Both the position numbers and the translations under genes were made by a program. Below the pieces are notes generated by a model. That model was given only the letters and a program-made list of their open reading frames with translations. It had not been told where the DNA came from and did not search any database. A stretch of DNA of 64,000 bases from Methanobacteriota archaeon. Lineage in GTDB: Archaea > Thermoplasmatota > Thermoplasmata > SG8-5 > JAGLSY01. The stretch is taken from contig JAEHCQ010000003.1 of NCBI GenBank assembly GCA_020696385.1, positions 64,001 through 128,000 of the forward strand. Direction: 5' to 3'. Shown in pieces: positions 48,956-57,924 of the stretch (positions within the stretch are counted from its first letter, which is position 1; the number at the start of each line of letters is the position of its first letter).

Positions 48956-50059
48956 ATGGTAGATAAGAGAGTGGAAAACCTAGCCAAACTGCTTGTTAAT
49001 TATTCGATCGATGTTAAGAAAGGACAGGAAATTATTATTTCCAGCCCTCCTGACGGGGCACCACTGGCACTTCAAGTTTACAGGGAAGTGCTCAATGCAG
49101 GAGCCCACCCCTTGATGATGCCTTCTCTAGACGGCGCGGCCGAGATCTTTTACAAAGAAGCTTCAGATGAACAGTTGAAATTCGTATCACCCTACAGGAA
49201 GTTCCTGTTGAAGAATGTAGATGGCTATGTTGGAATATCGGCAGCCGTCAATACAAGAGAAATGTCCGGAGTGGACCCGAAGAAGATGGGAATGGTCTCT
49301 GGAGCCAATGCCGAGATATCCAAGATCGTCGGCGAGCGCAGTGCTACTGGCGAGTTCAAATGGGTCGGCCTCATATATCCCACACAGGCACAGGCACAGG
49401 AGGCCAGCATGTCACTTACAGAATATCAGGATTTCGTTTATTCCGCTTGTCTGGCCGACAAGCGGGACCCCATCGCGGAATGGAAAAAGGTCAAGAAGGA
49501 GCAGGACAAGATGGTCAAGGTCCTTAACAAGATAGAAAAACTTCATTTCATCGGCGAGGACACTGACCTTATCATGTCTGTCAAGGGCCGTCTATGGGAG
49601 AACTGCTGTGGCGAGAAGAACATGCCGGATGGAGAAGTGTTCACTGGGCCAGTTGAAAACTCAGTTGAAGGAAAGATAAGATTCACTTTCCCAGGTATCT
49701 ACATGGGCAAGGAGGTCGAGGACATCTACCTTGAGTTCAAGAAAGGTAAGATAGTCAAGGCAACAGCAGAAAAGGGAGAAGAACTTCTGAAGAGCCTTAT
49801 CGCGGTCGATGAGGGTTCAAAGCGTCTGGGAGAGGTTGCCATCGGAACCAACCACGGTATCAAGAAGTTCACCAATTCCATTCTATTCGATGAGAAGCTG
49901 GGTGGAACCATCCACATGGCTATTGGCCGCGGTTTCCCAGAGACCAAGTCGAAAAACGAATCTGGCGTGCACTGGGACATGATCAAGGACATGAAGAAAG
50001 GCGGCGAAATATACGGAGATGCTGAATTGATCTATAAGAATGGTAAATGGCTCAAGTGA
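48956..50059 (+). CDS. Aminopeptidase, M29 (thermophilic metalloprotease / AmpS) family
   Basis: NMPDGEVFTGP, LGEVAIGTN, LFDEKLGGTIHMAIG, SGVHWDMI motifs. Confidence 0.92.
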   Translation: MVDKRVENLAKLLVNYSIDVKKGQEIIISSPPDGAPLALQVYREVLNAGAHPLMMPSLDGAAEIFYKEASDEQLKFVSPYRKFLLKNVDGYVGISAAVNTREMSGVDPKKMGMVSGANAEISKIVGERSATGEFKWVGLIYPTQAQAQEASMSLTEYQDFVYSACLADKRDPIAEWKKVKKEQDKMVKVLNKIEKLHFIGEDTDLIMSVKGRLWENCCGEKNMPDGEVFTGPVENSVEGKIRFTFPGIYMGKEVEDIYLEFKKGKIVKATAEKGEELLKSLIAVDEGSKRLGEVAIGTNHGIKKFTNSILFDEKLGGTIHMAIGRGFPETKSKNESGVHWDMIKDMKKGGEIYGDAELIYKNGKWLK

Positions 50060-50080
50060 GCCATTTCCAGTGGGGGGAAA

Positions 50081-50839
50081 ATGGAAAAGAAGATACAGGT
50101 CATCACTGTAGCAATCATTATCACAATAGTGATCGCCAGCCTTCTTTTTTTCAATCTGGAAAGCATAGACCCAAATGCGGATCCAGATAGAGACGGCCTA
50201 ACAAATGAACAAGAGAAACTACTGGGTTCGGACATAAACCACAAGGACCTGTTTATCGAAGTTGATTACACAGAGGGTTATGACTTGCCTTTTATTGATG
50301 ATGCATTGGCAAACCTTACGGCCTATTATGCAGAAAAGGATATCACGGTTCATGTGGACTCCAATAGCCCAACGAACATTGTTCCTACAAATCTTGGAGC
50401 TGATGACCCCTTTGTCATAGGCATGCAGGAGGAAATTGAAGAGAAATACCACGACCACAATACTACACATGTCTATCTTCTTATCACCAAACCAACAGTA
50501 TATGATGGGCAGATGGGGGGTGCCAATCCAGAATGGGGTTCAACCGTTTATGTATACAAAACTCATCCAAACGTGACCTTCCTGACTGAGAGATCCATAT
50601 TCCACGAGATAGGGCATACCATTGGTGTCGGGCTTCATGATGATCAAGGCGATAATGAAGTATATTGCACTGATGTGAACTGCTCGATGGGCCAGGGTCG
50701 ATTACATGGATACTGTGATGATTGCTGGGAAAGTGTTCTTGCCCCGGATGATGAATATCCAGTCATCCAATTGACCCATGCCAGGCTGTGGGACAAGTGG
50801 TCTGTGGATGAGCCAATAAAAGATCAGGAGACTGGATAA
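50081..50839 (+). CDS. Membrane-anchored zinc metalloprotease-like protein
   Basis: Signal anchor; DxDxDGL; HEIGHTIGVGLH zinc motif; CSM Met-turn-like. Confidence 0.7.
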   Translation: MEKKIQVITVAIIITIVIASLLFFNLESIDPNADPDRDGLTNEQEKLLGSDINHKDLFIEVDYTEGYDLPFIDDALANLTAYYAEKDITVHVDSNSPTNIVPTNLGADDPFVIGMQEEIEEKYHDHNTTHVYLLITKPTVYDGQMGGANPEWGSTVYVYKTHPNVTFLTERSIFHEIGHTIGVGLHDDQGDNEVYCTDVNCSMGQGRLHGYCDDCWESVLAPDDEYPVIQLTHARLWDKWSVDEPIKDQETG

Positions 50840-50859
50840 TTACGAATATCTTAAAATCA

Positions 50860-51246
50860 TTGAAAATAAAGAAATGGAAGCCTGACCATTCGAGAGAAGC
50901 ACTACCGGAAAGAGATTGGCCAGATAGTGTCATCACCTTATCAAAAGATAATTTCGAGGAATTCATTGATAAGTATCCTGTATCTGTCATTGATTTCTGG
51001 GCAGAGTGGTGCGGACCCTGCAAGGCGATGGACCCGATCATAACACAGCTATCGATCGAATACAAAGGCAGGGTGGCTTTTGGAAAGGTCGATATTGAGC
51101 AAGATAAGGAAATAGCGAAGAAATATCATGTCATGGGTATTCCGAAATTCATTATCAGCAGCCACAGCCAGAAGATATGCACATTGACAGGAACCAAGAC
51201 CCTGGATGATATGAAGAAGATCATCGACGAGATACTGAGCAGGTAG
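50860..51246 (+). CDS. trxA: Thioredoxin
   Basis: DFWAEWCGPCK and GIP motifs. Confidence 0.88.
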   Translation: MKIKKWKPDHSREALPERDWPDSVITLSKDNFEEFIDKYPVSVIDFWAEWCGPCKAMDPIITQLSIEYKGRVAFGKVDIEQDKEIAKKYHVMGIPKFIISSHSQKICTLTGTKTLDDMKKIIDEILSR

Positions 51247-51414
51247 TGAAATTTGAGGTGTTTTAGGGATAGTGGTAATGCCAGCGCGCCAGCATTGGTT
51301 CTCGCCGTCGGAGAGTGGGAGTGGGAAGAGGGGAATTGAGAGAAATTTTACTTTCGCCCACCCTCCGAAATACTTTAAATGCCTCAGAGTATATCTTCAT
51401 GTAGGAGTGTTTGA

Positions 51415-52266
51415 ATGAGCGAAGAAAAAGCATTGGTGGTATTCCAAGATATAAAGATCCGGAGAGTGTGGTTCAATGAAGAATGGCATTATTCTGTCAC
51501 CGACATCATTGCGATACTAACAGACAGCAAGGATGAAATGGCCTACTGGCGAAAGTTGAAACAACGTGAACCGCAACTCGTGACGATCTGTCACGGTTTG
51601 AAGATGCCAGCAAAGGATGGAAAGATGCGTTATACAGACTGTGTTAACACGAAGAATGCATTCAGACTCATTCAGTCTATTCCGTCCAAGAAGGTTGAAC
51701 CATTCAAGCAATGGCTGGCCCAGGTGGGAAAAGATAGGATCGACGAGATCGAAAATCCAGAGATTGCTCAAGACCGGGTAAGGGAGTATTACGAGCTAAA
51801 AGGCTATCCGAAAGAATGGATCGAAAAAAGGCTCAGAGGAATAGCGATACGCCAGGATCTTACAGACGAATGGAAAGGCAGGGGAGTCGAAGAACAAAAA
51901 GAATTTGCCATATTAACAAATGAGATTACAAAGGCAACCTTCGGGAAGAATGTGAAGGAATACAAAGAATTCAAGGCCCTGGAAAAAACAAGCCAGAACC
52001 TTAGGGATCATATGACCGACTGGGAATTGATACTTACCATGGTCGGCGAGAAAGCTACTACCGACATCACGATCTCAAAAGATTCAGAAGGATTCGACGA
52101 ATGCAAGGGATCGGCCATTGAAGGTGGCACGATCGCCAGGAACACTAGAAGGGAGATTGAAAAGAAGACAGGCCAATCACTAGTGTCAAACAAAAATCAT
52201 CTTCAATTGGCACAGAAGGAACAAAAAAGAATTAAACAACAAAATACAGATGATGATGAATCATAG
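51415..52266 (+). CDS. BRO-N domain protein (phage antirepressor-like)
   Basis: IRRVW..EEWHYSVTDII, YWRKLK, RLIQSIPSKK.EPFKQWLAQVG, NLRDHMTD.EL motifs. Confidence 0.85.
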   Translation: MSEEKALVVFQDIKIRRVWFNEEWHYSVTDIIAILTDSKDEMAYWRKLKQREPQLVTICHGLKMPAKDGKMRYTDCVNTKNAFRLIQSIPSKKVEPFKQWLAQVGKDRIDEIENPEIAQDRVREYYELKGYPKEWIEKRLRGIAIRQDLTDEWKGRGVEEQKEFAILTNEITKATFGKNVKEYKEFKALEKTSQNLRDHMTDWELILTMVGEKATTDITISKDSEGFDECKGSAIEGGTIARNTRREIEKKTGQSLVSNKNHLQLAQKEQKRIKQQNTDDDES

Positions 52267-52319
52267 GTACGGAATGCTTTTGAATAAAACATCTGGCTCA
52301 CAGCTCATGGAGACACAAT

Positions 52320-52847
52320 ATGCGCGATAGAAGATTCATAGCAGTACACAGGGGCGGACCGCTCACAATAGAAAACCACCGCGCACTAATGAACTGGGCG
52401 ATAAAATGCTCGGAGCACGTATTACATCTTATTCCAGATGATATCGACAATAGACTGGCCCACGCTCTCCAGACTGCGAAAGAATGGAAAGAAGGAAAGG
52501 TCAAGACAGGCGAGTGCATGAAAGCGTCAGTCGCCGCCCACGCGACAGCCAGAGAATTATCAGACCCAGTTAAGATAGCAGTTGCGAGATCAATCGGCCA
52601 GTGTGTGGCAACAGCCCACATGGCGGATCATTCAATGGGAGCCGCACTCTACGCCCTCAAGGCTGTGAAGCTGGCTGGAGGGGATGTGGAGGGGGAGAGG
52701 GAGTGGCAGGAGGGGGAAGTGGGGAAGTTGCCGGAGGAGTTGGTGGGGGTTGTGGAGGGGGCGATTAGGGAGAAGAGAGAGGGGGGTTGGGGTTTTAGGG
52801 GCAGGTCCAGTCAATTATTCCTCAGAAGAGGTATGTACCTGGTGTGA
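52320..52847 (+). CDS. Imm5-like putative immunity protein (3' end G-biased, possibly extended)
   Basis: HRALMNWA..C.EHVL, AAHA.AR, ARSIGQCVATAHMADH, ER.WQ motifs. Confidence 0.75.
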   Translation: MRDRRFIAVHRGGPLTIENHRALMNWAIKCSEHVLHLIPDDIDNRLAHALQTAKEWKEGKVKTGECMKASVAAHATARELSDPVKIAVARSIGQCVATAHMADHSMGAALYALKAVKLAGGDVEGEREWQEGEVGKLPEELVGVVEGAIREKREGGWGFRGRSSQLFLRRGMYLV

Positions 52848-52867
52848 TGGTGAGAAACAATTTGAAA

Positions 52868-54658
52868 TCATCTATAATTATCTGGATTTAGTAAAATGTG
52901 TGATATTAAACTTCTTGCATTCTCAGATAATTCATGAAAGTAAATCTGTTCAGCAATGTCCTTCGCTTTATTTAAGTAACCAATCGCCTCTTTTTTATTC
53001 CCATCATGGTATTGTATATAACCCAGGTGGAAATAGCAAAGGGCTTCAAGTTGCAAATTGTCTGAATATGTTTCTAATGATTCGTTAAAATGCACAGCAG
53101 CACTTTCATATTTATCTGATTTAAAATAAGCTATCCCAATATTGTATAGATTATCTGCAATCCCTTTTTTATTACCTATAGAACGATTTAATTCAAGAGA
53201 ATCATTTAAATAATTAAATGCTACCTGAAAATCAAGTTTTTTAATGTATACTCCACCTATCGAACCTAATGTATCAGCTATTCCCTCTTGAAATTTGATA
53301 TTTTTAAGTATCTCTAGGGCCTTGTTTAAATATTCAAGAGCTTGGGGCAATTGGTCAAAATCATTATAAAGTTCTCCAATCTGAAATAAAGATAGGGCTT
53401 CCTCTTTTACTAAACCGAGTTGTGTATATATTTCTAGACACTTAGAATAATAGCTATATGCTTTATCAAATTCATAATTATATCTAAATAATACCCCTAT
53501 ATTCCCATATACACTTGCCACTCCTCTCGCGCTGTCTATCTTTTCAAAAATTTCCAGTGCCTTTTTATAAGATTCTATTGCCCCATCAAAGTTATAGGCA
53601 TTCATATGTATATTTCCAATATTGTTATGGATTGTTGCTATGTTTACATCTTCATTAATTTCTTCTGCAATTTCTAATGCTTGCTGAAAATAAGATAATG
53701 ATTCTTTAGGATTGCCAGTTATTCTGTATATGTTACCAATATTATTTAAGTTTGAAAGAACACCATGCTTATTTCCTTCTGCTGTGTTAATTTTCAAAGC
53801 CTTCTTTAAATTATCTAATCCTGCTTCATAATTACCTAAAAAAGAATTAGTGATTCCTATTCCACCATAGCCGATAGCCTTTGAGTTTACCTTAACAGAG
53901 CCCTCAGCCTTGTCCGCAACTTTAATTATTGTATTATAGATTCCTTTTGCTTCTTCGTACTTTGCGATGATTGAGTAACAATTAGCTAGAGGTATTAATG
54001 TAGATAATTTATCAGATGGAGATAATGTGTACAATCTAAGTATGTTATTAAGTTCCTCAACTCCTTTTTCATATTCTTCACCAAGGCAATAAATTAAGGC
54101 CTGAATTATGTTTTCTCGTACAGTCTTATCATCTGACTTTGGTAATTCACCTTGCCAATATAATGCCCCTTTATTGTCTGTGCCTAATTGAGTCTGAAAG
54201 ATGTAATAATAACCATTAAAGGCAATATCATCTAAATCGTCTATATTGAGTTTGTCAAACCCAATTGTATTTTCTCCTTGTTCTCTCCATTTAGGGTTTT
54301 TCACAGACAATATTTCTCTGATATATTGCTGTGCAAAGGCATAATAAAAGTCGAACTTGCCCGATCTCTTAACACCTAAAATGATAATTATCGGAGAACG
54401 AGAATCTTCATAATAATGTAAATGCTTAGTTTCTATGGATTTTTTTGCTTTTTTATCTCGTGCGATGTCCTTGTTAGTACCTTTTACTTGAACCCATAGT
54501 ACTTTATTAGTTACTTTTCCATCATCTACAATTTCAATTGTTAAATCAATCCCAACATCAGGTTCTATATCTCTTACAATCCAACTTGGCGGTAATAAAC
54601 TTCTAAAAGCTAAACGAGATTCATATTCAAGTTCCTGTTCTTTTGTTCTCTGCATCAC
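52868..54658 (-). CDS. DUF4365 (PD-(D/E)xK-type nuclease-like) domain fused to a long TPR array; low GC
   Basis: DVGIDLTIE...WVQVKGT motif; about nine TPR repeats (LNNIGNIY...ALEI). Confidence 0.8.
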   Translation of the reverse strand: MMQRTKEQELEYESRLAFRSLLPPSWIVRDIEPDVGIDLTIEIVDDGKVTNKVLWVQVKGTNKDIARDKKAKKSIETKHLHYYEDSRSPIIIILGVKRSGKFDFYYAFAQQYIREILSVKNPKWREQGENTIGFDKLNIDDLDDIAFNGYYYIFQTQLGTDNKGALYWQGELPKSDDKTVRENIIQALIYCLGEEYEKGVEELNNILRLYTLSPSDKLSTLIPLANCYSIIAKYEEAKGIYNTIIKVADKAEGSVKVNSKAIGYGGIGITNSFLGNYEAGLDNLKKALKINTAEGNKHGVLSNLNNIGNIYRITGNPKESLSYFQQALEIAEEINEDVNIATIHNNIGNIHMNAYNFDGAIESYKKALEIFEKIDSARGVASVYGNIGVLFRYNYEFDKAYSYYSKCLEIYTQLGLVKEEALSLFQIGELYNDFDQLPQALEYLNKALEILKNIKFQEGIADTLGSIGGVYIKKLDFQVAFNYLNDSLELNRSIGNKKGIADNLYNIGIAYFKSDKYESAAVHFNESLETYSDNLQLEALCYFHLGYIQYHDGNKKEAIGYLNKAKDIAEQIYFHELSENARSLISHILLNPDNYR

Positions 54659-54724
54659 ACTTCTCTCGTTAGTGAATAGGATACACTCCTTAAATCCATT
54701 TCCATTATTCCTTCTTAATATATT

Positions 54725-55405
54725 TCAAGAAATACCATACATCTCAATTCCTTTTCCTTCAGGATCAAGCTCATCGATATATTTTTTCATTGCACTGATT
54801 TGATGTCCAGCTGGTTGCCAATTCTTAATCATATTTTTTGCTATTAATAGAGAATAACTAGTCATTTTTAATTCTTCTTTTGCATTTTCTTGTGTGAAAT
54901 CATCTGGCCCAATGACATTACCATATTCAATATCTATATACATAGCCACTTCCTTTTTTGATTGCATATTCCCATACCGATCTAAAATATGATCTGGAAT
55001 AGGGCCTTCAGATAATTTATTTACAAAATCAAGAGCTTCTTCTTCATTATCTGGCCCATCTGCGCCAAATTCTCCTTTTTTGATTGCCTCACTGACTTTT
55101 GAAACAGTATACCACATAAGCGCCTGTAAATATTGTTTTTTCTTATGATTTACTGTAATCGTGTTTCGCTTCTTTTTATTTGATTGAACAAGATGAGTTA
55201 GTTCTAATTGTAAGGCATTTGATATTGTATGATAATAAAATGCTTTACCAATTTCTTCTTCAGCCAGAACGCATAGAGCATAAATATGACCATAATTTCT
55301 ATCATTGAGAAACAAGCATAAAGCATCAAGATAATATTCTTCACCATTCTTTAATGATGAGTCTCTAGCCTCATTTATGAGATTAAGATGCTGTTGATTA
55401 ACCAT
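54725..55405 (-). CDS. AbiV-family (HEPN-like) abortive infection protein; low GC
   Basis: LAEEEIGKA, HKKKQ, K..AMYID pattern typical of the AbiV family. Confidence 0.7.
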   Translation of the reverse strand: MVNQQHLNLINEARDSSLKNGEEYYLDALCLFLNDRNYGHIYALCVLAEEEIGKAFYYHTISNALQLELTHLVQSNKKKRNTITVNHKKKQYLQALMWYTVSKVSEAIKKGEFGADGPDNEEEALDFVNKLSEGPIPDHILDRYGNMQSKKEVAMYIDIEYGNVIGPDDFTQENAKEELKMTSYSLLIAKNMIKNWQPAGHQISAMKKYIDELDPEGKGIEMYGIS

Positions 55406-55422
55406 ATTTCTTCCTTCTCACT

Positions 55423-55486
55423 CCCCAATCCCCTTCCCAGCATTTAAACCTGTGCGCGCGCTTGCACTTTTTAGCATGCTGGAAAT
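55423..55486 (-). repeat. 64-bp direct repeat, copy A (contains TTTAAA promoter-like core)
   Basis: 61/64 identical to 56594-56657. Confidence 0.9.
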
Positions 55487-55496
55487 GAGTATACTC

Positions 55497-56570
55497 TCAA
55501 CCAATTGGCTGTTTAGGTGGAGGTAAATTTTGTTTTGTTTTCTTTGATTTAAAGAAAATATTTACAAACATACCTACTGAGAAGATCACAATTATTATTG
55601 ATGTAGCAGATAAGAATGGGAGTCCACCCTCATCATCAGGATAATATCCTTCAGGAATTGAAATACTAGCATCCAAATTGCTCAATATTGCTACCTCTGC
55701 TGATGTCGAAATTAATTCACCATTTTCTCTGTCATCTGCTCTTGTACCAAAGATAGGTTCCAACTCAGATATTGGGATCTTTCCTGTGATAGCATTTGAA
55801 TCCTCACCTATCCAATCGATATCCGAATAATAACCTGCATAAACGTAGAATTCAACTATTTTTACATCTATTGTTTGAAGAACATATTTCATATTAGACA
55901 GTGATATGTCTAAATCATCACCTGTTATTGCTGAATTGGAAATTTGCAGATTATTAGAATAATCCGTATTTAAATTGTAGTTATCACTTGAAGAAGAACT
56001 TAAGGCAGAGCCAGCATAATTGATTTTTCCATCAACAGACGAAGATGTTGTCACTTCTAAATCAAACTGAAAACGTAAATCAGCATCGATATAATATTTC
56101 TGGAGTATGATATCGATTTCTTTGTGCCATGTCATAACGGTTATTTGGCTAGTTTTTGCAGGTGATGTTTTATCACCAATTGGCACCGTCATTGAAATTG
56201 AAGTCCTGGGAAATACAATCGATTTCTCATATAATTGATACCCGAAAACTGTACAATCTGCCTGACCATTAAATTCATACCAGATTTCACCAGGCATCCC
56301 TCTAGCTTCTATAGAGATCTCAATTGTTTCTCCAGGGGTAATTGTTGTTGGATAGGACATTTCTACTTCAATTGGGCATTTGATTCCACCACCTATGTAA
56401 AAATCTGCACTCACAGACATTGGACCTACAGACTCAGAAAAATCTGCAGATATTTCACCTGAATGTCCAAAATCAACTATCTGGGTTTTTGAAGTAGCCG
56501 AGGTATTTTGCGGTAATAAAATACACATAAATAATAGCAAGCATACAATCAATGACACATATTTTTTCAT
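55497..56570 (-). CDS. Secreted, membrane-anchored hypothetical protein with a PGF/PEF-CTERM-like tail; low GC
   Basis: MKKYVSLIVCLLL signal peptide; GLPFL then TM then KSKK tail. Confidence 0.75.
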   Translation of the reverse strand: MKKYVSLIVCLLLFMCILLPQNTSATSKTQIVDFGHSGEISADFSESVGPMSVSADFYIGGGIKCPIEVEMSYPTTITPGETIEISIEARGMPGEIWYEFNGQADCTVFGYQLYEKSIVFPRTSISMTVPIGDKTSPAKTSQITVMTWHKEIDIILQKYYIDADLRFQFDLEVTTSSSVDGKINYAGSALSSSSSDNYNLNTDYSNNLQISNSAITGDDLDISLSNMKYVLQTIDVKIVEFYVYAGYYSDIDWIGEDSNAITGKIPISELEPIFGTRADDRENGELISTSAEVAILSNLDASISIPEGYYPDDEGGLPFLSATSIIIVIFSVGMFVNIFFKSKKTKQNLPPPKQPIG

Positions 56571-56593
56571 CTTCCACATTCCCTTACCCCACC

Positions 56594-56657
56594 CCCCAAT
56601 CCCCTTTCCACCATTTAAACCTGTGCGCGAGCTTGCACTTTTTAGCATGCTGGAAAT
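56594..56657 (-). repeat. 64-bp direct repeat, copy B
   Basis: 61/64 identical to 55423-55486. Confidence 0.9.
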
Positions 56658-56692
56658 AGATATCTGGGTGTGCCAGCGTATCGAGATAAAGG

Positions 56693-56840
56693 CCAAAGGA
56701 TGAAAACTACCCCGCCCTGCGCTGAGCTTGGACGGGGCTTGAGAATACCAGTTTGTATTTGTCAACCACTGGGTCATCGAATATAAAACCCCGCCCTGAT
56801 GAATATTCTATGAATCATCCAGACGGGGCATGCTCGAATA
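56693..56840. mobile_element. Small non-autonomous two-hairpin element, copy 3 (inverted relative to copies 1 and 2)
   Basis: AACTACCCCGCCC...GGACGGGGCTTG and AAACCCCGCCC...AGACGGGGCATG; reverse-complement match to 680-819. Confidence 0.65.
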
Positions 56841-56928
56841 TAAAACGCCGACACCCAACCAAAATATCTTTATTACGTAACTTAGTTTCATGCTTACTTA
56901 TGTGCAAAACGACCATATACTATTGTAG

Positions 56929-57585
56929 GTGAAAAAAATGACAAATAAATCAAATAAGATCTACAATAGAATTGAGAGCGAAATCAGATCCCTATTCGGG
57001 ATCACGGTGATCAACCTGGTCATGGCCGCACTGGTCATGGCGATGGGGATCAGCTTTGGTATTGACCAGATACTTCCAGCACTGGATGCGGGCAATTGGA
57101 TCGTAATTCCCTTTGCTGCAATTATCGGCATAGTGATGGCCGGGGTAGGGATATGGTGGATAATTTCCACGGTTGGCGTTCTGGAAAGCGTTAGTAATAT
57201 CCAGGATCAGTTCGAGTCCTTCGGTGCCAGGGAAAGTGTTACGGAGACCGATCTAACGCAGAGCGTGGTTCAATTAATGTCAACGTACCGTCTGAAGAAG
57301 CCGACGATCAAGAAGATGATGACAGTGAGTTATTGGGGAAGTATCCTCTTTTTTGTCGGGGGTATTCTGCAGGCACTGGCTTTCATCGTCCAGTGGGTCG
57401 ATGGTATCGATCAATTGGCTTTGATAACTGGAATAGTTGGTCTGGTCGTCATATTCTGCATGTCGGCTGCCTTTTTCCTCGTGCACAGGAAATACGAGTC
57501 ATATACCAGGGTGTACGATAAGAGAATTCTAAAGAACAAAAGATCAGAAAAGGCTCTGGAAGAAAGTATGGGAGGCCTTGAATGA
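56929..57585 (+). CDS. Hypothetical four-TM membrane protein
   Basis: Four hydrophobic segments; overlaps the downstream HTH gene (ATGA). Confidence 0.7.
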   Translation: MKKMTNKSNKIYNRIESEIRSLFGITVINLVMAALVMAMGISFGIDQILPALDAGNWIVIPFAAIIGIVMAGVGIWWIISTVGVLESVSNIQDQFESFGARESVTETDLTQSVVQLMSTYRLKKPTIKKMMTVSYWGSILFFVGGILQALAFIVQWVDGIDQLALITGIVGLVVIFCMSAAFFLVHRKYESYTRVYDKRILKNKRSEKALEESMGGLE

Positions 57586-57854
57586 AAGGGCGCAGGACCC
57601 AGTATGAGATATACTGGGAAATTTTGGTTTACTGCAGGGAGCCAAGGACCTTCACGAGCATCATCAACAGATGCGACCTCAACTCGAAGAAAGGGCAGCA
57701 ATACCTGGGATTTCTAAACAAAAAGAATTATCTGGATATAATGGAAGAGAAGAACAAGACCTACACGACGAACCAAGGTGGCAGGGATTATATCTCGATA
57801 TTCAATAAACTATATTTGAATCTCTTTGATGAAAGGCCTGGATTTAAGTTGTGA
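57582..57854 (+). CDS. Archaeal winged helix-turn-helix transcription regulator
   Basis: RRTQYEIYWEIL..C..P.T.T.II.RCDLN...YL..L...Y.TT..G pattern. Confidence 0.8.
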   Translation: MKGRRTQYEIYWEILVYCREPRTFTSIINRCDLNSKKGQQYLGFLNKKNYLDIMEEKNKTYTTNQGGRDYISIFNKLYLNLFDERPGFKL

Positions 57855-57924
57855 TGGGTGTACCATCACCCCACTAGCAAAAATACTATAACCTCGTTCA
57901 TAATCTCAATAGATTGTTAACAAG

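Noticed and set aside
51415-52266. Prophage inferred from the BRO-N gene
   Set aside because: No integrase, capsid, terminase or replication genes nearby. Solitary BRO-N genes are common island cargo.
52681-52800. Diversity-generating retroelement variable region
   Set aside because: No template repeat or reverse transcriptase in the window, and the bias is towards G only.
55423-56657. Integron attC sites
   Set aside because: No RYYYAAC...GTTRRRY ends, no long bottom-strand hairpin, and no IntI gene in the window. Kept only as an unexplained cassette-like repeat.
56571-56777. N-terminal 69-aa extension of ORF 55497..56777
   Set aside because: It runs through the 64-bp repeat and the hairpin element. 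The signal peptide begins at the ATG at 56570.
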